DNA from: Gemmatimonadales bacterium
Lineage (GTDB): Bacteria; Gemmatimonadota; Gemmatimonadetes; Gemmatimonadales; GWC2-71-9
DNA length: 64,000 bases
Reading direction: 5' to 3'
Assembly: GCA_965249575.1 (NCBI GenBank)
Contig: OZ252244.1
Span: 1,152,001 to 1,216,000, forward strand
How positions within the stretch are numbered: the stretch's first letter is position 1; every line of letters begins with the position of its first letter. The notes under the pieces are model-generated. The model did no database searches and was not told where the DNA came from. It was given only the letters and a program-made list of their open reading frames with translations. Below are positions 57,814-64,000 of the stretch, piece by piece. Made by a program: the position numbers and the translations under genes.

Positions 57814-59751
57814 TTACCTGGGTTCGCGCGCGGCCTGCCGATTATAGAGATAGGCAACCAACAACGAGACGAGTCCGAGGATGAGAACGGAGGCGACGCG
57901 GTACAACGCGTCGAGCACCGCGAGGTCGACGAACATGACCTTCGCGACCGCGAGGCCCGATACTAGGAGCCCGGCGATCCGCACGGGCATCAGTCGCCGC
58001 CGAAAGCCATGCCACACCAGCGCGCCTGCAAAGATCGCCCACCAAGCGCTGACCGAGAGCCCCCCCGCAAGCTGGACGGTGGTAGGCCGCAGGTCGGCGT
58101 TCTCGAAAAAGCGCTGAAGCTCCCCGGAAACGCCGAACAGCAACAAAGCCCCGGCCACGGCCCACAGAACGCCCGGCACGCGGAGCGGCCACGATCGGGC
58201 GGCCCATTTCACGGTTTGCTGCCATTCACGCTCTTTCCCGCGGTGCAGGTCGCGGGGCGGTTCTGCGTCAGCCACCTCCGCGCGCAACCACAGTCGAGCC
58301 GCGAGCGTCGCGCTCACGGCAATGCTCCCCCATAACAGCAGCGCCCACGCATCGACAAATGCCGATGTGCCCCCCGCGCGTTCCGGCAGCGCAACGAGAA
58401 GCACCATGTATAGCGCCCCGACCAGTGCGAGCGTGCCGTACCATCGGCCGTCCGTCCGCCGAAGGTTGTGGTCGAGGGCCGGCCAGAGGAGTGCCAGACC
58501 CAGCAGTGCCCACGCGGCCAAGGTGATGTCGAACTCTGCAAGCACCGCGATACCCATGGCTGAGGTCCCCACTAGCGCAAAGTGAGGCCGCACGGCGACG
58601 AGTCCAGCGTATAAGTAGGGTATCGCAATGAGTAACGGAACGACCCCTCCATGCCGTCCGAGCCAGGACGGGGCAAGTTGATGCACCGCCCAGCCGGCCA
58701 ATAGAGGAGCGAGGTAGAACGGCACCATATCGCCGATCTTCCATCGCTCCTCCTCGGCGCCACGAGGATCGGGCCAAATGGTCGGAGACTCCATTGCGTG
58801 CCACCAGACGGGTAACGCTAGCGTGATGCCGGCACCGGCAATCAGCCACCCGGCAGCGCCCCGGCCGCTGGCGGCCACGAGCAGCAGCCAGGATCCGGTA
58901 AAAGATAGCAGGCGGGTCTCGGACCATCCCCGCCGCAGCCCGACGTAAATCCCAGCGCCTCCTCCGAGCAGGCCGAACATCACGAGCGCCGCGGGACGCG
59001 CGTACTCCGCACCGAGCGCTACGCCAAGGCCAAAGTAGCTCAACGCGATCAGCCCCACGGCGCGCCGCCAATGCCTCCTGACCGACGGCCATCCCAGCAA
59101 GCCCGCTATGCTCGCCAAGTACACGAGGAGTGCGTCGGCCTGTCCTCGCTCTACCCCGAGTACGATCGGTGCGAAGAGCGCGCCTGCCGCTGCTCCAGCA
59201 CCCAACTCCTCGTGATCGAGCCGATACGCAATCGCATCGAGTGTCACCGAGACCAGCGCGAGGACGGCGAGCCCTAGATTGTAGGAGATGAGATCGTACT
59301 GCCTGGCGGCTGCCCATACGGCGACGTATACGATGGCCGCGCCGCATCCGAGAAGGCCCGCGCCATACCGGCGAAGCCCGCGCGCCTGAAAGTGCCAACC
59401 TACCGCGCCCACGGATACGCCGACCACCGCACCGCCGGCGCAGCGCAGCAGCGGGGAAATCCACCCCCGGTCGAATGCGAGTTTGAGGAAATATCCGGCG
59501 CCGAGAATCAACAGGGTGACCCCGACGGCCAATAACCCCCGTTGGCCAACCCACTGCTCCAGCTTGAATGACGTCGCACCACCCGATCGCGGGCGGCGCG
59601 TCAGGAAATTGGGCCGGGCCCGCGGGGCAGCGGTCGCGGGCACTCTCGAGCGCAAGCCCGCTCTCGGGGAGCGAGAGGCGATGTTCTTGACCGCGTCTTC
59701 CAGGTCCGCCAATCGCCGTTCCAGACGATCCAGGCGTTCTTCTGAGTCCAT
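57814..59751 (-). CDS. DUF2339 family multi-pass membrane protein
   Basis: LEQWVG..GLLAVG..GYFLKLAF at the N-terminus, KVMFVDL..LYRVAS at the C-terminus. Confidence 0.85.
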   Translation of the reverse strand: MDSEERLDRLERRLADLEDAVKNIASRSPRAGLRSRVPATAAPRARPNFLTRRPRSGGATSFKLEQWVGQRGLLAVGVTLLILGAGYFLKLAFDRGWISPLLRCAGGAVVGVSVGAVGWHFQARGLRRYGAGLLGCGAAIVYVAVWAAARQYDLISYNLGLAVLALVSVTLDAIAYRLDHEELGAGAAAGALFAPIVLGVERGQADALLVYLASIAGLLGWPSVRRHWRRAVGLIALSYFGLGVALGAEYARPAALVMFGLLGGGAGIYVGLRRGWSETRLLSFTGSWLLLVAASGRGAAGWLIAGAGITLALPVWWHAMESPTIWPDPRGAEEERWKIGDMVPFYLAPLLAGWAVHQLAPSWLGRHGGVVPLLIAIPYLYAGLVAVRPHFALVGTSAMGIAVLAEFDITLAAWALLGLALLWPALDHNLRRTDGRWYGTLALVGALYMVLLVALPERAGGTSAFVDAWALLLWGSIAVSATLAARLWLRAEVADAEPPRDLHRGKEREWQQTVKWAARSWPLRVPGVLWAVAGALLLFGVSGELQRFFENADLRPTTVQLAGGLSVSAWWAIFAGALVWHGFRRRLMPVRIAGLLVSGLAVAKVMFVDLAVLDALYRVASVLILGLVSLLVAYLYNRQAAREPR

Positions 59752-59921
59752 GTCAGCCGAGGGCCCGGGGTTCTTTGAGACGTACAGAACCAGCCGCGCC
59801 CAATCTGTGTGTCCCACCCGCGAGGCGCCATCCCCCGATTGCGCATCAAGGCGGAAGAGGGCAAACTAGCCGGCAGGTCGGGCCGCTCCGAAGAACCATC
59901 CAACGACGGCAAGAACACATC

Positions 59922-61242
59922 ATGAGCGTATCACTGCTTTTCGCCCTCGCCGCGACCAGCGGGCTGCTGTCCATGCGTCCGCGCGAACACGGATATCCGC
60001 TTCAGCAAGAGCCCACTGAAGCGCCAGCCATCGTACTACGGGCTCAACGTGTATTCGATGGCACGACCGAACACGCGCGGGAGGGTTGGGAAGTTTTGGT
60101 TCGAGCCGGCCGGATCGAGGCGGTGGGCTCCGCGGAGGCGATTCGGGCCCCTGCGGGTACACGCACAATCGACCTTCCAGGCATGACCCTGCTGCCCGGC
60201 CTGATCGACGCACACACGCACGTCTTTCTCCATCCGTATAACGAAACCGGTTGGAAATGATCAGGTCCTGAAGGAGCCGCTCGCCTATCGAGCCATTCAA
60301 GCCGTCCGGCATGCTGAGTGGACGCTAATGTCGGGATTCACCGCGGTGCGCGACCTCGGCACCGAAGGAGCGGGATACGCCGATCTCTCGCTGAAACGTG
60401 CCGTAATCGAGGGCAAGATACCGGGCCCACGGCTGATCGTGTCCACGCTCGCAATCGCCGCGACCGCGAGTTACGGTCTGGGTCCTCGCGGGTTCGCTCC
60501 GCAGTTCGACCCACCCCGGGGAGCGCAGGAGGTTACCGGGGAAGCGGATGTTCGGCGGGCGGTCCGGGAGCAGGTAGGTCACGGAGCTGACTGGATAAAG
60601 GTCTATGCGGACTACCGACGGGGGCCGGGCGGCACCGCCGTTCCCACGTTCACGTTGGACGAACTGCGAGCAGTCGTAGACGAGGCGCGGAGCGCCGGCC
60701 GTTTGGTCGCTGCGCACGCGGGCACTCCGGAAGGGATGCGGAGGGCCGTTCTGGCGGGTGTGAACACCATCGAGCACGGATACGCCGGCACGGAGGAGGT
60801 TTTTCGCCTCATGGCCGACCATGGGGTGGCCTACCTTCCAACGCTGAGCGTCCACGCAGCCATCGCCGAATACTTCCAGGGATACCGTCCCGCCTCGTCC
60901 CCGCCGACGGAGGGAATGGAGCAGGCACGGAGTGCGTTCCAACTTGCGCTCGCGAGCGGCGTCACGATCGGGAACGGGAGCGACGCCGGTGTCTTCGCTC
61001 ATGGTACGAACTATCGCGAGCTCCAGTGGATGGTGCGCTTCGGGATGTCACCTAGCCAGGCGCTTTTGGCCGCGACCCCGACGAACGCGCGGATTCTCGG
61101 GCTCCAGAACGAGATCGGACAGATCCGCCCGGGCTTGCAGGCCGACATCATTGCCGTGATCGGTGACCCCACACGGGACATCGCGGCCACGGAAAGTGTG
61201 CGGTTCGTGATGAAAGGCGGCGTCATTTATCGTGAGCCCTGA
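59922..61242 (+). CDS. Amidohydrolase family protein with a 1-nt frameshift near 60256
   Basis: LPGLIDAHTH; TGGAAATGAT carries an extra A relative to W-N-D-Q; then GFTAVRDLG, GADWIK, AAHA, IEHG and GSDAG. Confidence 0.88.
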
Positions 61243-62023
61243 AACCCATCCGTCGAGGCCCACCGTGGCGGGGGCCACCGCGAGTGATTTCGATGGACGG
61301 GTAGCGCTCGTTACGGGCGCTGCCGGCGGTATGGGACGGGAGATAGCATCCCAATTGCTCGCGCTGGGCGCGTCAGTCGCAGTCAACGATCTCGAGCAAG
61401 CCACGACCGATGCAGCCGCTCACGCCCTCGGCGAATCGACCATCGCGGTCCCGGCCGACGTCGCCGACGCCGACGCCGTGCTCGCCATGGTGAAACGAAC
61501 GCTCGGCGCCTTTGGACGGCTCGACATCCTTGTGAACAACGCCGGAGTACTCCACCCTACCCGGCTGGAAACCATCACAGACCTGGAGTGGCGGCGGACC
61601 ATCGACGTCCATCTGACGGGTGCCTTCTTCTGTACGCGGTCCGCCGTTGCACCGATGAAGCAGAGCGGATACGGGCGGATCGTCAACGTATCGTCGACGG
61701 CTGGGAGATCAGTGAGCACCCTCGGCGGGGCGCACTATACCGCATCCAAGGCCGGGTTGCTCGGTCTTACCCGGGCGGCAGCAAAGGAGCTCGCGCCCCA
61801 CGGCATTACGGTCAACGCGGTCTGCCCAGGCCTCATCGACACCGACATGGCCCGCAGGAACGCGACGCCGAGCCAGATTGCAGAATATGAACGATCGTTT
61901 CCACTCCGGCGCGTTGGGACACCGTCCGAAGTCGCCACCGCCATTCTGTACCTCGCATCCGAGCGAGCAGGCTACATCACCGGTGCCGCGTTAGACATCA
62001 ACGGCGGAGCTTTGATGCTGTAG
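61232..62023 (+). CDS. SDR family oxidoreductase
   Basis: TGAAGGMG, NNAG, YTASK and NAVCPG. Confidence 0.93.
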   Translation: MSPETHPSRPTVAGATASDFDGRVALVTGAAGGMGREIASQLLALGASVAVNDLEQATTDAAAHALGESTIAVPADVADADAVLAMVKRTLGAFGRLDILVNNAGVLHPTRLETITDLEWRRTIDVHLTGAFFCTRSAVAPMKQSGYGRIVNVSSTAGRSVSTLGGAHYTASKAGLLGLTRAAAKELAPHGITVNAVCPGLIDTDMARRNATPSQIAEYERSFPLRRVGTPSEVATAILYLASERAGYITGAALDINGGALML

Positions 62024-62073
62024 GCCGCCAAGGCCGGGGAGAAATCAGACATTTTTCTAAGGGATGACAGAAC

Positions 62074-63141
62074 ATGCGCCATCACCGTCTACCTATTGTC
62101 CTCACGACTCTGACCGCCGGGACGATGCTCGGCTCCCAAATCGCCGCAGCGCAGGAGCCCGCTTCCTGGAAACCCCCATTCGATTTCCACACTTTCTCCA
62201 TTGTCGCGCTGGATCCCAAGACGGGAGAGACCGGCGTGGCCGTAACCACGCGCGTCGCGTGCGTAGGCAATGTGGTCCCCTGGGTCATGGCGGGGGTTGG
62301 CGCGGTCGCGACCCAAGCGCGAACGCGCGTCGAGTACGGGCTCGAACTACTGAGCATGCTCAAGGACGGCATCGAGCCGGACGAAGCGCTTCGGCGGGCC
62401 ATTTCGGCCGACAGTGTGCGCGCACGAAGGCAGGTCGGTGTCATCAGCGCTGCAGGATCCGGCGCCCAGCATACGGGAGACAGCACCAGTGCATGGGCCG
62501 GACACCGATCGGGGGCGAATTACGTGACGCAGGGGAATCTGCTGGTAGGCCCCCAGGTGCTGGAAGCCGTCGCGAGAAGTTTCGAAGTGACCGATGGATC
62601 CGGCCGGCACCTCGCTGACCGGTTGATCGCCGCATTGAGTGCCGGCCAGGCGGCCGGCGGCGATGCCCGCAAGGGACGGGTGCAGTCCGCCGCGGTTCTC
62701 GTCGCCGACCCCCGCCCCGGGATTGCCAGACGGCCCGACGGCGTTACCGTGAACATCCATGTGTGCGAGAACCCCGGTCCAGTCGCAGAACTGCGCCGGA
62801 CGTACGAGGCTGTCTCCCAGACGCTTGGCTACCGAACGCTCGAGCAGTTTCAGGGCAACGACGTCCTGCAGCTCAAGGAAATTCTCCGCACCCTCGGCTT
62901 CTACCGGCCGGGGACGGACAGCGTTGGTTCGAGTCGAGTCGATGCGCGCTTCGACCATGAGGTGATCGAGGCGGTGACGGCGTTTCGAGCACAGCACGGC
63001 CTATCAACGCCCCGTGTTGGCTCGCCCCCGGGTCTAGTCGACCGTGAAACCGTCCAACTCCTCTGGCGCGAGGTCGAGCGCGCGGGCAAGGCGCAGGACG
63101 TGCGAGAACGGATTCGGCGGTGGACCCAGACGCGCCGCTGA
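62074..63141 (+). CDS. DUF1028 (Ntn-hydrolase-like) protein with a peptidoglycan-binding-like C-terminus
   Basis: HTFSIVA, GVGAVATQA, QGNLL and AGGDAR; AVTAFRAQHGL..GLVD. Confidence 0.88.
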   Translation: MRHHRLPIVLTTLTAGTMLGSQIAAAQEPASWKPPFDFHTFSIVALDPKTGETGVAVTTRVACVGNVVPWVMAGVGAVATQARTRVEYGLELLSMLKDGIEPDEALRRAISADSVRARRQVGVISAAGSGAQHTGDSTSAWAGHRSGANYVTQGNLLVGPQVLEAVARSFEVTDGSGRHLADRLIAALSAGQAAGGDARKGRVQSAAVLVADPRPGIARRPDGVTVNIHVCENPGPVAELRRTYEAVSQTLGYRTLEQFQGNDVLQLKEILRTLGFYRPGTDSVGSSRVDARFDHEVIEAVTAFRAQHGLSTPRVGSPPGLVDRETVQLLWREVERAGKAQDVRERIRRWTQTRR

Positions 63142-63432
63142 GATCAGTGGGTTTGTTCCAGCGGGTTCCGCCATTAGCTTCTTACTATCAGAACGTCGCA
63201 CGCGGACCTCACCTTCCGCACGGCGTTCGGGCAGTTGCCCCGTAACATGACGTGACCGCTCGAAGACCGAACGGCCGTGGGATCCACGAGCCGCCGGACC
63301 GACCCCGGCGCGCCTTGGATCCCGGCGAAACGGGACTGCCCTCCAGCAGGCACCACGTCGTCTCGCGACAGACCGGAAAGGCCACGGCACAATCGACTCT
63401 CACATGACTCGCGGTCGAGAGCAGTTCGCCCG

Positions 63433-64000
63433 TTGAGCGGCGACCATCCGCTCGGAATACTAGAGCTCACGGGAAAAGGGGCGGGCTTCATCCGTCGACG
63501 AGAAGCCAACTACCTCCCGTCGAATGGCGATGTTCATATCGGACAGCGCCTCGTGCGTCGCTACGGGCTCAGAACCGGTGACGAGATCTCCGGATCAGTA
63601 GGCAAGCCGCCTGGCCCCAAGAAGGGACCTCCGCTCACACGACTCACGGCAGTCAACGGGCAGACTCTCGATGCGATCGAGGGACGGCCGGAGTACTCCT
63701 CCCTCGGCGCCATCCACCCCAAAGAGCAGTTGGTGCTCGATTGCGATCTACGGCGTCTCGGCGACCGAGACTACACGAACTGGACCGTCGACCTCCTCTG
63801 CCCCATCGGCAAGGGACAGCGCGCCATGATCGTCGCGCCGGCAAAGGCAGGCAAGACCATGGTGCTGCAGGCAATTGCCCAGGGGATCACCACGAACTAC
63901 CAGGATGCGACCCTATTCATCTTGCTCGTGGACGAGCGACCTGAAGAGGTGACGGAGATGGAGTCCTGTGGCTTTGGGGAAGTCGTGGCGTCGAGCTTCG
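63433..64000 (+). CDS. rho: Transcription termination factor Rho, short N-terminus (partial, runs off the right edge)
   Basis: Manual translation GILEL..GAGFIR..NYLP..DV...LRTGD...PIGKGQRAMIVAPAKAGKT...LLVDERPEEVT; TTG start is tentative. Confidence 0.9.
   Translation, partial: MSGDHPLGILELTGKGAGFIRRREANYLPSNGDVHIGQRLVRRYGLRTGDEISGSVGKPPGPKKGPPLTRLTAVNGQTLDAIEGRPEYSSLGAIHPKEQLVLDCDLRRLGDRDYTNWTVDLLCPIGKGQRAMIVAPAKAGKTMVLQAIAQGITTNYQDATLFILLVDERPEEVTEMESCGFGEVVASSF

Overview
High-GC bacterial chromosomal window; gene content suggests a Gemmatimonadota-like genome (inference only). (1) 1-~6720: right part of an integrative element abutting the 3' end of tRNA-Lys(UUU), with an HTH regulator, xis-like HTH, Prim-Pol/SF3 primase-helicase, SWIM-finger gene, AlpA-like gene, an atypical tyrosine integrase and cargo. 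(2) Core genes: ffh-rpsP-rimM-trmD-rplS-rnhB, pilD, thiD, ppx-sixA-CHAD, nucleoside salvage, dnaK-degP, a caa3 oxidase operon, aceB-aceA and a short rho. (3) Deletion scars absent from the ORF track: a collapsed phoB...pstS-porin...phoU operon in which only the porin survives, an ECF sigma/anti-sigma fusion and a lipoprotein/PD40 fusion. Best candidate for an undescribed system: 48005-50895 (minus strand). An uncalled 32-aa precursor (MKPKKPFVKPTLVEEASLADGTL|QFPQVSGIT) with a lasso-type leader precedes an HPr-kinase-like kinase, a PqqD/RRE, a lasso B2-type leader peptidase and a nucleotidyltransferase. There is no lasso cyclase and the predicted core has no Asp/Glu, which points to a linear phospho/nucleotidylated RiPP rather than a lasso peptide. 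Several single-base frameshifts fall in homopolymers, so some broken genes may be sequencing errors. All family assignments come from motif recognition by eye, not database searches.
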